Source: Rhodothermales bacterium (GTDB taxonomy: Bacteria > Bacteroidota > Rhodothermia > Rhodothermales > JABDKH01). Taken from it: a stretch of DNA of 64,000 nucleotides. A model generated the notes under the pieces. That model searched no databases, had not been told where the DNA came from, and was given only the letters and a program-made list of their open reading frames with translations. The DNA lies in contig JABDKO010000220.1 in NCBI GenBank assembly GCA_013002165.1, forward strand, positions 14,954-78,953, written 5' to 3'. Of this stretch, positions 1 through 11,381 are shown in pieces (the stretch's first letter is position 1; every line of letters starts with the position of its first letter). A program made the position numbers and the translations under genes.

Positions 1-1
1 C

Positions 2-967
2 GAGAATGCATTGAAAGCATCATTTGATTGGAAAGTCAGAAAGAATTTTCAGAAAGGGTACCGTACGGAACGCGGTCATCAGGTAATGCATTTTGACCAG
101 GCGTTTCACGGTCGGACCGGATATACTCTGCCGCTCACAAATACGTCCGACCCGAGAAAGACACAGTACTTCCCGAAGTTTAATTGGCCACGCGTGCTCA
201 ACCCCATGATTCATTTTCCGCTAACGGATGAGTCACTGGACGATCTTGAGAAGCGGGAAAAGCAATCTCTGGCGCAGGCCAAGATGCATTTCCACAACAA
301 TCCTGACGATATCGCGTGCGTAATCATTGAGCCTATCCAGGGTGAGGGTGGAGACAACCATTTCCGACCCGGGTTTTTACAGAAACTCAAGGACCTTGCA
401 CACGAGAATGATACGTTGCTGATTTTTGACGAGGTGCAGAGCGGTGTCGGAATCACCGGTCGTTTCTGGGCGCATCAGGGGATCGGGGTTGAACCCGATA
501 TTATTTCGTTCGGGAAGAAAACTCAGGTTTGCGGCATCCTCGCTGGTCGTAAGCTGGACGAAGTCCACGGCCATGTTTTCGAGACAGCCAGTCGAATCAA
601 TTCAACGTGGGGCGGCAATCTTGTCGACATGGTTCGGTTTGATCGGATTCTGGAGGTCATCGAAGAAGACAATCTGGTGGCCAACGCCGAGCTCTCCGGG
701 GATCATCTGTTAAACAGATTGAAGGATCTGGAGCAGAAGCATGATGTCATTTCCAACGCCCGTGGTAGAGGTTTGATGTGTGCATTCGATCTCGAAACGA
801 GAGACCTTCGTGACCGTGTGAGAGGCAAATGCATGGAGAAAGGATTAATTATTCTTGGTTGTGGCATCTCGGCGTTACGATTCAGGTCACCGTTGACGAT
901 CAAATCCGAAGAGATCGATGAAGGGATCGATATCGTTGAATCCGCGATAATTGAAGCAACTGGTTGA
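2..967 (+). CDS. lat: L-lysine 6-transaminase (class III PLP aminotransferase), 5'-truncated by the window edge
   Basis: Motifs AFHGRTGY, IEPIQGEGG, FDEVQSG, SFGKK (PLP Lys) and RINSTWGGN; the frame is open back to base 2 (ENALK...). Confidence 0.85.
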   Translation, partial: ENALKASFDWKVRKNFQKGYRTERGHQVMHFDQAFHGRTGYTLPLTNTSDPRKTQYFPKFNWPRVLNPMIHFPLTDESLDDLEKREKQSLAQAKMHFHNNPDDIACVIIEPIQGEGGDNHFRPGFLQKLKDLAHENDTLLIFDEVQSGVGITGRFWAHQGIGVEPDIISFGKKTQVCGILAGRKLDEVHGHVFETASRINSTWGGNLVDMVRFDRILEVIEEDNLVANAELSGDHLLNRLKDLEQKHDVISNARGRGLMCAFDLETRDLRDRVRGKCMEKGLIILGCGISALRFRSPLTIKSEEIDEGIDIVESAIIEATG

Positions 968-1223
968 TCTTGAATCAGTTAAGCTTATCGTGGGGGATAT
1001 GCAGACGTTCGCACTTCGCTCGACAGGTAGATATTTTCCGCTAATTGCCGATAATAATCGGGATTGCGCTTGAGAATCGGATCGGATTTTGCGTTTTATA
1101 ATATGATATCTCTTTGAGACATTTTGCCCGGTTCGGAGTACTCGGTCTTTTCACGTCATCCAGGCATTCTTTTAACCACAACGTTTGGCGCTAGCCGAAT
1201 CGTCAATTATCCAGGTTGGATAC

Positions 1224-4200
1224 ATGATTAACGTTACAAAAATTGGTATTGCTTCTATTCTGGTCATCCTCGGGGTTGGCTTGCTGGCGATTGAGAGTCA
1301 GAAGTCAGAAGTGACGGAGGATGGGAACCGCCCGTCGATCTCGTCACAGGGATATTCGGCCGGTACGGCTGATGATCCACGAGCACGGAATAACTGGGAA
1401 TTGGCCCGTCTCAAGGACCCGGCAACGAACTCGATACCTGCTGATATCCGAAGAAAGGAATTAGCATTTGCGCGGACACTACCACAGCGCTCCAGTTTCG
1501 GAAAATCGATGGCCGACGAGTGGGTCCGCATGGGTCCCTTCAATCTTGGTGGTCGAACTCGTGCATTGGGTGTTGATGTGACGGATCCGGACGTCCTGCT
1601 TGCGGGTGGGGTTTCCGGTGGCATCTTCCGTTCGACCGACGGTGGTACGACGTGGTCACAGTCATTTGGTGCAGCGGACCTGAAAAGTGTGACGTCAATC
1701 TCACAGGATACACGAACGGGCGAGACTACCACCTGGTACGCAGGCACCGGTGAAGCCCGGGGAAACTCGGCTTCAGAATTCACCGCATTTTTTAGAGGAG
1801 ACGGAGTTTATAAATCGACGGACAATGGAGCGTCATGGTCACAGATCCCGTCTACGGTATCAGGTACGCCTGCTGCCAATGATCAGCATTGGGATTTCGT
1901 TTGGGAAGTCGCGACGGATCCCTCCAATACGGTTGATGACGAGGTGTATGTCGCTACACAAGGCGGTATTGTTCGCAGTACCGATGCAGGCAGCTCTTGG
2001 TCAGCTGCACTTGGGGACACGCTTCTTGCGTCGAACTCCTGCTACTCCGACGTCGCGGTTTCTGGGTCAGGAGTGGTATACGGTACCGGTAACTTTGGCT
2101 CGGGTCCTTCATTTTGTGACTTTGAAGGTGTTTGGAGAAGCAACGACGGTATCTCATGGTCTGATATTACGCCGCCAGCTGTCGCTTCCGACACGCTTTC
2201 AAGAGGCGAAATCGCTATTGATCCTTCAGACGAAAGCAAGATTTATTTGCTTGCCTGGCTTGGTACTGATGCCACAAATGAACATGGTCTGTTCCAGTAC
2301 GACACGTTAACCACTACGTGGACCGATCTTTCGGGGCTTCTTCCCGCGAATGGTGGAACTTTTGGAGACTACGAATCGCAGGGTGGATACAATCAGAAAA
2401 TTGCCGTCCATCCCGACGATAGCGATATACTGTTTGTCGGAGGGCGAAATCTCTGGCGAATCGACGTATCGGGCATGACGGATACATGGATTGGGGGTTA
2501 TGCGACATCGAATGATGGCACGCGCTATACTGACCATCACCCGGATCAACATGCTATCGCTTTCCATCCTACGAATCCCGACACGATGTTTACAGGGAGT
2601 GATGGTGGGGTTCATGTCACGTTAAATAATATGGCCGCGGGCGATGGATCAGTTGCCTGGGTTGATCTTAATAATGGCTATTACACGACCCAGTTCTACG
2701 CCGTCTGTATGAACAGCACTACCTCAGATCCATTTCTCGGTGGTGGTATGCAGGACAATGGTACCTGGGGAACGGTATCTGCATCGGGCACTGCGGACTG
2801 GTCCGAGGAGCTCGGCGGAGATGGCGGCTTTTGTCAGGTTACCGATGATGCGTCCCCGGCGACGAGTACGTCCCGATACGTCAGCGCACAGTTTGGGGAA
2901 ATCTATCGACGTCAGTATTCAGCAGGTGGTACTTTCGTAGCCGACGTTCGCGTCGATCCGAGCGGAACTGCTGGCAATTACATCTTTCTTCCACCGTTCG
3001 TACTGAATCCCGATGATCCGCAGATGATGTTGCTTGCGGAGGGCGAGACGATCTGGAGAAACTCCGACCTCGAAGGCATTACACTTGATGGAAGCACAAC
3101 GACAAAGTCGACTAACTGGACTAATCTGACACCAACGACGTCGCCAGTTATTGATCCTGCCCTTGAGAGGGTTACTGCGGTTGGCATATCGGCAGCGGGA
3201 TCCGCCAACGTGTTGTACTACGGGACGTCATCAGGTAACATCTTTCGAATTGACGACGTCCACACGGCAACTGCCGGTGTTTCCGCCACGAATGTCACTG
3301 ATGGATCATTTCCCACGCCAGCGTGGGTTAGCGATATCGCAGTCGATCCAACGGATTCTGACCACGCGATTGTTGTCTTTTCCAACTACGGGATAGCAAG
3401 TATCTGGCGTACAACTGACGGCGGGACGTCGTGGACAGATGTCGAGGGGAATCTCGCCGGTGTAGAAGCTCCGTCAATCCGTTCAGTTACGATTGTACCG
3501 GGGACCATCACGCCATACTATGTTGGTACCAGTACCGGGCTTTATTCGACAACAGCGTTTGCCGGAGCGTCAACGGTATGGACCCACGAGGGAGATATCG
3601 CCATCGGAAATGTGGTGGTCGATATGGTCCGTGGACGTTCCCAGGATGGACGTCTTATCGTCGGTACACACGGAATCGGATTCTTCATGAACGAGACGCT
3701 GCTTAGAGTCGAGTTAGCTGATTTCCGGGTAGTCGCAGACGAGCGGGAAGTGTCCTTCCTGTGGTCAACAGACAGTGAAACCGAGAATGGTGACTTTGTG
3801 ATTCAGTACAGAACTGATGATCAGGCTGAATTTGCCGCTCTTGCCACGGTTCCAAGCAAGGGTAGCAGCAGTCAGTCGACTGAATACCGATACGCTGCGA
3901 CAGATATGGAAGCAGGTGTTTATTCGTTCAGGTTGAAAATGACGGATCTGAATGGCGGATCCACATACAGTGATGTTGTGGAAGCTGCGGTCGGAATTCC
4001 AGAGACCTATGAGCTGACGGCTGCATATCCGAATCCGTTCAACCCCGAAACGCAGTTTTCGCTGTTGCTTAGAAATGAGCAGACGGTTCGCATCGAAGTT
4101 TACGATGTTAGCGGTCGGCGGGTGCAGGTGTTGCATAACGGAAATCTTGCAGCGCTTGAGCGGCATTCATTCCGGATCGATGGTTCTACACTTTCGAGCG

Positions 4201-4268
4201 GCACGTACATTGTGCGTGTAGCTGGTGAGGACTTTACGGACTCGCAATCGTTGTCGCTGTTAAAGTAA
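1224..4268 (+). CDS. Secreted BNR/Asp-box (VPS10/sortilin-like) beta-propeller protein with Ig-like domain and T9SS type A C-terminal sorting domain
   Basis: N-terminal hydrophobic signal; repeated (S/T)TDxGxxW Asp-boxes; GGRTRAL, HPDQH and GGDG motifs; C-terminal AYPNPFNP...VYDVSGR...GTY; ATG 1224 preferred over TTG 1185. Confidence 0.85.
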   Translation: MINVTKIGIASILVILGVGLLAIESQKSEVTEDGNRPSISSQGYSAGTADDPRARNNWELARLKDPATNSIPADIRRKELAFARTLPQRSSFGKSMADEWVRMGPFNLGGRTRALGVDVTDPDVLLAGGVSGGIFRSTDGGTTWSQSFGAADLKSVTSISQDTRTGETTTWYAGTGEARGNSASEFTAFFRGDGVYKSTDNGASWSQIPSTVSGTPAANDQHWDFVWEVATDPSNTVDDEVYVATQGGIVRSTDAGSSWSAALGDTLLASNSCYSDVAVSGSGVVYGTGNFGSGPSFCDFEGVWRSNDGISWSDITPPAVASDTLSRGEIAIDPSDESKIYLLAWLGTDATNEHGLFQYDTLTTTWTDLSGLLPANGGTFGDYESQGGYNQKIAVHPDDSDILFVGGRNLWRIDVSGMTDTWIGGYATSNDGTRYTDHHPDQHAIAFHPTNPDTMFTGSDGGVHVTLNNMAAGDGSVAWVDLNNGYYTTQFYAVCMNSTTSDPFLGGGMQDNGTWGTVSASGTADWSEELGGDGGFCQVTDDASPATSTSRYVSAQFGEIYRRQYSAGGTFVADVRVDPSGTAGNYIFLPPFVLNPDDPQMMLLAEGETIWRNSDLEGITLDGSTTTKSTNWTNLTPTTSPVIDPALERVTAVGISAAGSANVLYYGTSSGNIFRIDDVHTATAGVSATNVTDGSFPTPAWVSDIAVDPTDSDHAIVVFSNYGIASIWRTTDGGTSWTDVEGNLAGVEAPSIRSVTIVPGTITPYYVGTSTGLYSTTAFAGASTVWTHEGDIAIGNVVVDMVRGRSQDGRLIVGTHGIGFFMNETLLRVELADFRVVADEREVSFLWSTDSETENGDFVIQYRTDDQAEFAALATVPSKGSSSQSTEYRYAATDMEAGVYSFRLKMTDLNGGSTYSDVVEAAVGIPETYELTAAYPNPFNPETQFSLLLRNEQTVRIEVYDVSGRRVQVLHNGNLAALERHSFRIDGSTLSSGTYIVRVAGEDFTDSQSLSLLK

Positions 4269-4292
4269 ACAGTAGATAGTATTGAATACGAC

Positions 4293-4326
4293 AACAGCCC
4301 CGCGGTCTTTTGGCCGCGGGGCTGTT
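4293..4326. terminator. Rho-independent terminator-like hairpin between convergent genes
   Basis: aacagccccgcggtc-tttt-ggccgcggggctgtt GC-rich stem just after the stop at 4268. Confidence 0.75.
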
Positions 4327-4363
4327 TCAATTTGATGGGTCCGCGCCGGTCTGGTAATCACGT

Positions 4364-4462
4364 GGGGGCCGCCACTCCTCCTCCCCGGTTTCAACTTAAT
4401 CACAAAAGTGCGAACTGCGCCAATGATAAAGTGCTAGACAAACTCTAGATATTTCCCTAGGA
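4364..4462. repeat. 99-bp dispersed non-coding repeat, copy 1
   Basis: Ungapped hand alignment with 11382-11480 gives 90/99 identical. Confidence 0.95.
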
Positions 4463-4630
4463 ATCTGCCCCGCGTACCGCATTCCCTGGATCAACGGCAG
4501 CGAGTCAGGCATTCGGCAACTGGGGCCGACACTTCTCATCCGCGCTGAATCGACGGCAGACAGGCTTCTCTCAGACTATCCGCTAAGCCGAACATGCCTG
4601 TAGCTATCCAAAGAGAACGGAGCTCCTTAC

Positions 4631-7225
4631 CTACGCCGATGGCGAGACGTCAGGCGGCTCAGTTGCTGCACCATCCGATGATATAGCAGCATCCGCCTCG
4701 TCGTCTTTTTCCTCCACCACGCGCGTTACATCAGCGATAGCATCATCTCCTTTCAGCTTGATCAGTCGCACACCCTGGGTATTTCGACCAAGCATGCTGA
4801 TTCCGCCGACATTGATCCGTATCAGAATCCCCGCTTCGGTAACAATCATGAGGTCGTCAGTGGGAAGGACCCCTTTGATGGAAACAAGATCTCCTGTGCG
4901 CGACGTTGTCTTCATCGTAATAATACCCATGCCGCCACGGCTCTGTACACGGTAGTCGTCCAAAGCCGTCCTCTTCCCGTAGCCATTCGAGCTGATGGCA
5001 AGCACGCTGCGCTCCTCTCCCTCTACAACTATCATCCCGACAACCACATCCTTCGGGCCAAGCTTGATGCCTCGAACACCCTGTGTATTTCGGCCCATCG
5101 AACGAACATCACCTTCCTTGAAACGAATGGACTTGCCACTGGATGATGCCAGTACAATGTCCGTGCTTCCATTGGTCAGATGAGCTTCGTACAACTCGTC
5201 TCCATCATTGACAGATATAGCAATGATACCGTCCGATCGTGGGCGGCTGAATGCTTCGAGGCTCGTTTTCTTCACCTGTCCACGTCGGGTCGACATGAAC
5301 ACGAAGTGATTGTTCAAAAACTCCTCACTGCGGAAATCATCTTTCGCCACCGCTAGCACGGCACGAACTCGATCTTGCGGTCCAATCTGGATAATATTCC
5401 GGATGGAACGACCCTTGGAGGTTCGACTTCCTTCGGGGATTTCATACACGCGTACCCAGTAGCACTTACCCTTATCTGTAAAAAACAGCAGGTAGTCATG
5501 GTTGTGCGATGCGAACAGATGCTCGATGTAATCCTCATCGCGCATACCGGTCCCCCGAGAGCCTTTACCGCCGCGTCCTTGCTGGCGGTACTCGGACACA
5601 TCAGTACGCTTGATGAGGCCCTGGTGCGTTATCGTGACAACCATATGGTCATCTTCGACCAGATCCTCATAGATGATGTCCCCGCCGCCTGTGTAATCGA
5701 TTTCCGTTCGACGCTCATCCCCGTACTTCTCACTGATCTCCATGAGTTCATCCTTGATGATGGTCATCCGAATAGACTCATCGCCCAGGATTTCTTGAAG
5801 TCGCGTTATCAGCGCCATTACTTCCTTGTACTCATCTTCGATCTTTTGCCGTTCGAGGCCGGTGAGACGACTCAACCGCATGTCAAGAATTGCCTTCGCC
5901 TGGATTTCTGATAGCTGAAACATCGAGTTGCCATGCGTCGGCAAATCAAGACGCTCCAATTGATCAACAGTGAGCCTGGCTGGGAGGACTCCCTTCATCA
6001 GATTCTCTCTAGCAGAATCTGTATCCGGCGAGTTGCGGATGATCGTAATGACCGCGTCAAGATGATCCAGCGCTATCGTCAGACCCTCGAGGATATGCGC
6101 GCGCTCTTCGGCCTTACGAAGGTCATACTGGGTCCGGCGAGTTACGATCTCATGCCGATGCTCGACGTAATACTGGACGGCTTCTTTCAGATTCAGCGTC
6201 CGCGGTCGGCCGTTTACGAGGGCAACGAAGTTAACGCCGAATGTCTGCTGGCACTGAGTGTACTTGTACAACTGATTCTGCACGACAGCGGAAACAGCGT
6301 CCCGTCGCAGCTCGATGACAATGCGCATTCCGTCACGGTCGCTTTCGTCCCGAAGGTCGGAGATGCCGTCAATTTTCTTGTCCCGCGCAAGCAGCGCAAT
6401 CTTTTCTATCAGGTAACTCTTGTTTACCTGGTAGGGGATCTCGGTTATGATCAAGGCGATGCGACCTGACTTTCGCTCCTCTTCCTCGATCTTTGCGCGC
6501 ATCACAACACGTCCGCGGCCGGTATGATACGCGAGCCTGACGCCCGAGTGGCCATATATTATTCCAGCAGTCGGAAAGTCCGGCGCAGGGATATGCTGGA
6601 TGAGATCGTCAATTGAAATCTCCGGATCATCGACATAGGCGAGGATACCCGAGATAACTTCCTTCAGATTGTGAGGCGGAATCTTCGTTGCCATCCCCAC
6701 GGCGATTCCATCCGTGCCGTTTACGAGCAGGTTCGGGAAAGCGGACGGCATCACGATCGGTTCTTGAAGCGAACCGTCGAAATTGTCCTGATAGTCTACC
6801 GTCTCTTTGTTGATGTCTCGAAGCATTTCCTCGGCAAGCCGGGTCATGCGTGCCTCTGTATACCGCATTGCGGCCGCCGAGTCACCATCAACCGAACCGA
6901 AGTTTCCCTGGCCGTCGACAAGGGGATAGCGCATTGAGAAACTCTGCGCCATTCTTACCATCGTATCATACACAGCGGTATCGCCGTGTGGGTGGTACTT
7001 ACCGAGAACCTCACCAACGATTCGAGCACTCTTTTTGTAGCTGGCTCCGGCAGTCATACCGAGCTCGCTCATTCCATACAAGACACGACGATGGACCGGC
7101 TTCAGTCCATCGCGAACATCGGGAAGGGCCCGGCCAACAATTACCGACATCGAGTAGTCGATATACGAGGACTTCATTTCGTCCTCAATGTTGATCGGAA
7201 TTACCCTGAGATTATCAGCTTCCAT
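4631..7225 (-). CDS. gyrA: DNA gyrase subunit A
   Basis: [29 protein letters not shown] (catalytic Tyr), GyrA-box QGRGGKG and C-terminal beta-pinwheel repeats. Confidence 0.99.
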   Translation of the reverse strand: MEADNLRVIPINIEDEMKSSYIDYSMSVIVGRALPDVRDGLKPVHRRVLYGMSELGMTAGASYKKSARIVGEVLGKYHPHGDTAVYDTMVRMAQSFSMRYPLVDGQGNFGSVDGDSAAAMRYTEARMTRLAEEMLRDINKETVDYQDNFDGSLQEPIVMPSAFPNLLVNGTDGIAVGMATKIPPHNLKEVISGILAYVDDPEISIDDLIQHIPAPDFPTAGIIYGHSGVRLAYHTGRGRVVMRAKIEEEERKSGRIALIITEIPYQVNKSYLIEKIALLARDKKIDGISDLRDESDRDGMRIVIELRRDAVSAVVQNQLYKYTQCQQTFGVNFVALVNGRPRTLNLKEAVQYYVEHRHEIVTRRTQYDLRKAEERAHILEGLTIALDHLDAVITIIRNSPDTDSARENLMKGVLPARLTVDQLERLDLPTHGNSMFQLSEIQAKAILDMRLSRLTGLERQKIEDEYKEVMALITRLQEILGDESIRMTIIKDELMEISEKYGDERRTEIDYTGGGDIIYEDLVEDDHMVVTITHQGLIKRTDVSEYRQQGRGGKGSRGTGMRDEDYIEHLFASHNHDYLLFFTDKGKCYWVRVYEIPEGSRTSKGRSIRNIIQIGPQDRVRAVLAVAKDDFRSEEFLNNHFVFMSTRRGQVKKTSLEAFSRPRSDGIIAISVNDGDELYEAHLTNGSTDIVLASSSGKSIRFKEGDVRSMGRNTQGVRGIKLGPKDVVVGMIVVEGEERSVLAISSNGYGKRTALDDYRVQSRGGMGIITMKTTSRTGDLVSIKGVLPTDDLMIVTEAGILIRINVGGISMLGRNTQGVRLIKLKGDDAIADVTRVVEEKDDEADAAISSDGAATEPPDVSPSA

Positions 7226-7604
7226 GCGATACTATGCCTGCCTGACAGTGGAAAATGCTCATGCGCATCACGTCAAAATTGTCTGCGCATGGATAGGTGG
7301 GTCTGGTCGAAACCGGGACTATCGAGACTTGACTGGAATATAGTCTTAAATGGCCAAAATCGCTATAAATGACGGCAATAATGCTGATTTTGAGCGGCTA
7401 TTCACGGGTTCTCTAACAACCGCATGACCACTCCGGTACATCACCGGCAGGTGTTTCACAGAATACCCGTCGGCAGCGGTGTTTTTACCCACAATCCACA
7501 TAGCGATGACACTATACATGACCGAGCCGAAACCGTCTGAATCGCAGCCATAATCTTGTATCTTGTTAGTTCTGCATACCCTTCATTTTTTCGAGCAAAG
7601 TACT

Positions 7605-9764
7605 ATGAGTCGCTTTCTTAGGAATCTATCGTTCATCCTGCCCATCGTCCTGCTATCTGCCGGCCTGTGCACCGCACAAGAGGCAGCAGTAAAAGCCGGG
7701 AAATATGACAACGGCAAGATGTGGACGTTTGACTATCCGCCCACAGAATTTATTTCAGAGACATACGGATTTACGCCTGACAATGGCTGGTTTGAAAAGG
7801 CACGTCTGGGCTCACTTCGGTTGCCGAACTGTACAGCCTCATTTGTTTCTCCTCACGGTCTGGTAATGACCAACCATCACTGTGGTCGCGGTTCTGTCGC
7901 GCAGGTAGCTATGGATGGGGAGGACTTGCTCAACGACGGCTTCGTATCCTCGTCGCTCGATGAAGAACGTGCTGTACCGGGACTGTATGTTGATCAGCTT
8001 GTGGCAATCCAGGATGTAACGGACGAGGTGTTCGCTGCAGTAGAGGATGCTGAAACTGACGCGGAGAAAGCATCTGCACGTCAGGAGGCTATTGCCGCCA
8101 TTACGAATCGAATCACCGATGCGGCGGGAGGAGCAGATGCCGGTTTCGTCGCTCAGGTAATAAACCTGTACAACGGAGGAAGGTATTCAGCATACACGTT
8201 CAGGCGATACTCGGATGTTCGCCTGGTCATGGCTCCGGAACTACAGCTGGGGTATTTCGGCGGTGATACCGACAACTTTACCTATCCCCGATATGCCCTC
8301 GACATGACGTACTTCCGCGTCTATGAAAATGACGAACCATTCGAGCCTGAGTATTTCTTCCAGTGGAGTAAGGAGGGGGCGTCATTGGGAGATGCAGTGT
8401 TCGTTATCGGTAATCCGGGCTCTACGCTCCGCCTCGAAACGATGGCACAATTGGAGTGGAGACGGGATGTCCAGGAGAAAGCAATCGTCGATCTTCTAAA
8501 CTCCAGGATTGGTTCGCTCATGAGTTACTATGAGGATAATCCATCTCCTGCTTTGCTGAATCAGATCTTTGGTCTCCGAAACGCACAGAAGCTCTATACG
8601 GGACGTGTAAAAGGATTGAACGATATGGTCATAATGGCCAAACGAGCGGATACGGAGCGCCAGTTCCTTTCCGACATGGATGCAAAGTTCGCGAACATGG
8701 ATGCCGACGTGCAGGTCCCGTATCTCACCGTCATCAATGACCTTGCGAATATCGTCGAACAAAAACGCGAATTCGCGGCTGAGTTCGCTGCGTTTATCGC
8801 CATGCAGCCAGGGGGCAACCTGTCATCGGCAACACTCGGCCGTGCCTCAGTGGGCCGGGCATACCTGAACCAGAAAGATGCCGGTGCGACTGCCGAGCAA
8901 CTTCAACCATATGTCGACCAGATGTCATCAATGACACAGGATCCGACGATCGACAAACTATTTCTGGCAAACAGGCTGGCGGATTTCAAGGCAAGTTTCG
9001 GAGATGATGACCCTATTGTGCAGGGAATCATGAAAGGGATGTCTCCCGCCGAGGTTGCCGAGTCGATCACGTCAAATTCGGTTTTCAGCGACGCCGCGAA
9101 ACTTATGGAAGCCATGGAAAACGATGGTATTCCAGCTGACGATCCCGCACTGGGAGTTGCGAACATGATTGCGGACAGACTTCAAGCATTCCAGAGTGCG
9201 TTCGCAGGTCTGGGCGCTCAGGAAACAGAGCTAAACGCTCAGCATGGCCGGGCAAGATTCGAGATCTATGGAACGGAACGTCCACCGGATGCCACGTTCT
9301 CTCTGCGAATCGCTGACGGCGTAGTTAGCCCGTACGAGTACAATGGGACTGAAGCACCACCGTTTACAACATTCTTCGGGCTGTATAACAGATACCACGC
9401 TCACATGGCATCAGAGGATGGAGCTGAGTGGGTCCTGCCGGAACGCTGGTTAAACCCTCCAGCGACTTTCGATATGTCGACGAAACTGAATCTGGTTTCG
9501 ACAAATGATATTATTGGCGGAAACTCCGGATCGCCGCTCCTGAATAAGGATCTTGAAGTAGTCGGCCTGATCTTCGACGGTAACATTGAGTCGCTACCTT
9601 CGGCATTTATTTACCAGACTGAAGTAGCCCGTGCGGTGAGTGTTGATGTACGCGGAATGCGCGAAGCGCTTGACGAAATCTATGACGTCGATAGAATTGT
9701 GCTCGAGCTTGATGAGGGAGTTCTGGTGGCAACCGAGGCCGAGGCAGACGCCAGACAGAACTAG
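7605..9764 (+). CDS. S46 family dipeptidyl peptidase (DPP7-like)
   Basis: Signal peptide; GKMW, TNHHC, DTDNF, GGNSGSP catalytic Ser; FDGN (Gly at S1, DPP7-type rather than DPP11 FDR); ATG 7605 preferred. Confidence 0.92.
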   Translation: MSRFLRNLSFILPIVLLSAGLCTAQEAAVKAGKYDNGKMWTFDYPPTEFISETYGFTPDNGWFEKARLGSLRLPNCTASFVSPHGLVMTNHHCGRGSVAQVAMDGEDLLNDGFVSSSLDEERAVPGLYVDQLVAIQDVTDEVFAAVEDAETDAEKASARQEAIAAITNRITDAAGGADAGFVAQVINLYNGGRYSAYTFRRYSDVRLVMAPELQLGYFGGDTDNFTYPRYALDMTYFRVYENDEPFEPEYFFQWSKEGASLGDAVFVIGNPGSTLRLETMAQLEWRRDVQEKAIVDLLNSRIGSLMSYYEDNPSPALLNQIFGLRNAQKLYTGRVKGLNDMVIMAKRADTERQFLSDMDAKFANMDADVQVPYLTVINDLANIVEQKREFAAEFAAFIAMQPGGNLSSATLGRASVGRAYLNQKDAGATAEQLQPYVDQMSSMTQDPTIDKLFLANRLADFKASFGDDDPIVQGIMKGMSPAEVAESITSNSVFSDAAKLMEAMENDGIPADDPALGVANMIADRLQAFQSAFAGLGAQETELNAQHGRARFEIYGTERPPDATFSLRIADGVVSPYEYNGTEAPPFTTFFGLYNRYHAHMASEDGAEWVLPERWLNPPATFDMSTKLNLVSTNDIIGGNSGSPLLNKDLEVVGLIFDGNIESLPSAFIYQTEVARAVSVDVRGMREALDEIYDVDRIVLELDEGVLVATEAEADARQN

Positions 9765-9795
9765 TATTCTCAACCATACGCCAGTGCCAGGTATT

Positions 9796-9831
9796 GAACG
9801 CACTATCCTGACGGGTAGTGCGTTCTTTTTT
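9796..9831 (+). terminator. Intrinsic terminator after the S46 peptidase
   Basis: gaacgcactatcc-tgac-gggtagtgcgttc followed by a T-run. Confidence 0.8.
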
Positions 9832-9964
9832 CCTGAACATCAGGGCTTTGCTTTGCGGTTACTTTGTGATTTGAAAGATGAGTCCCGAATTATCGATATT
9901 GGTCTCGCGTAGACCTTGATTGGTCACCTCCCCAAAGTCAAAATTAAGTCAACATAACAGCATT

Positions 9965-11257
9965 ATGTACGTCAAGCGTTTTTCATTGCTGGCAGCCGCG
10001 GCCGCCACGGTCGTACTATGTACCGCGCCTCGCATTTCGGCGCAGGATATATCGGCAACCGTGCTGCATGCCGATAGAGTCTTCGACGGGTTAAAAATGT
10101 ACGATGACTGGGTCGTCGTTGTATCCGGTAACAGGATTGTTGATGCGGGACCTGTGTCTTCAGTCAGTATCCCCGAAGACGCAGACATGCTCAGGTTTGA
10201 GGGAGCAACTTTGCTGCCCGGTCTGATAGATGCTCACTCACACCTTCTGCTCCATCCATACAACGAGACATCCTGGAATGATCAGGTTCTTAAGGAGTCA
10301 TTCGCCGAGCGCGCAATACGAGCTGGTGTCCACGCAGGAAATACGCTGCGAGCTGGATTCACATCGCTGCGCGATCTTGGCTCGGAAGGTGCCGGCTATG
10401 TAGATGTCGGCGTCAAACAGGCCATCGAAAAAGGGGTCATCCCCGGACCGCGACTGATCGTCTCCGGAAAGGCCATCGTCGCGACAGGCAGCTATGGACC
10501 CAAAGGATTTGCAGAACATGTCCATGTACCTCTAGGTGCTGAAGAAGCTGACGGGCTGGAGGGTATTCAGCGGGAGGTACGAGATCAGATTGGCAACGGT
10601 GCTGACTTCATCAAGGTGTACGCCGACTATCGTTGGGGACCCAATGGAGAGGCGCGTCCGACTTTCTCGATCGAGGAGCTGCAGCAAGCGGTCGCAACTG
10701 CTGGATCATCCGGTCGGACGGTGGTCGCTCATGCCAGCACTGCCGAGGCCATGCGAAGGGCAACGATTGCCGGTGTGGAATCTATTGAGCATGGTGACGG
10801 AGGGACCCCGGAGGTTTTTCAGATGATGGCGGAGGCTGGAGTCATTTTGTGTCCGACTATTGCAGCGGGTCATGCGATTATGCAGTATGGAGGATGGGAC
10901 CCCGGGACCGATTCCGACCCTGAACGAATCGTTCGCAAGAAGCAAAGTATCGAGGATGCGCTTGAGGCTGGTGTAACCCTGTGCAATGGCAGTGATGTCG
11001 GTGTCTTCTCGCACGGAGACAACCCGCGCGAGCTTGAATTGATGGTCGACTATGGAGTAAGTCCACTTGGAGCGCTGACTGCAGCGACGTCGGTGAATGC
11101 GAAACTAATGCACATGGAAGATGCCGTAGGTAGAGTCCAGACAGGCTTTCTCGCTGATATCGTCATTGTCGATGGCAACCCGGCCGAAGCGATCTCTGAC
11201 ATCCGAAACGTCGTTCTGGTCATGAAAGATGGTGAAATTGTCGTCGGTCCGCGGTGA
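9965..11257 (+). CDS. Secreted metal-dependent amidohydrolase (prolidase/Xaa-Pro dipeptidase-like subgroup)
   Basis: PGLIDAHSH (HxH), GFTSLRD, IKVY (Lys), AHA, EHG and GSD motifs; signal peptide from ATG 9965. Confidence 0.88.
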   Translation: MYVKRFSLLAAAAATVVLCTAPRISAQDISATVLHADRVFDGLKMYDDWVVVVSGNRIVDAGPVSSVSIPEDADMLRFEGATLLPGLIDAHSHLLLHPYNETSWNDQVLKESFAERAIRAGVHAGNTLRAGFTSLRDLGSEGAGYVDVGVKQAIEKGVIPGPRLIVSGKAIVATGSYGPKGFAEHVHVPLGAEEADGLEGIQREVRDQIGNGADFIKVYADYRWGPNGEARPTFSIEELQQAVATAGSSGRTVVAHASTAEAMRRATIAGVESIEHGDGGTPEVFQMMAEAGVILCPTIAAGHAIMQYGGWDPGTDSDPERIVRKKQSIEDALEAGVTLCNGSDVGVFSHGDNPRELELMVDYGVSPLGALTAATSVNAKLMHMEDAVGRVQTGFLADIVIVDGNPAEAISDIRNVVLVMKDGEIVVGPR

Positions 11258-11381
11258 TCCGGGCCAGTTTTGAAGGAGCTACACTCGCGAGGATAATGGT
11301 CCGGACACGCTGCCGGCCACAACGGGGTTTCATGTACTCGATAGGGACACGCTCACCGAGACCGTGCCCAGCCAATCGCAA

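Noticed and set aside
4425-4445. CIRCE/HrcA or dif site inside the 99-bp repeat
   Set aside because: CTAGCACTT resembles only one CIRCE half-site with no inverted partner at 9-bp spacing; there are no XerC/XerD arms
5921-5996. Intein in GyrA
   Set aside because: The insertion is only about 20 aa, lacks splice-junction residues and is far from the catalytic-Tyr intein site
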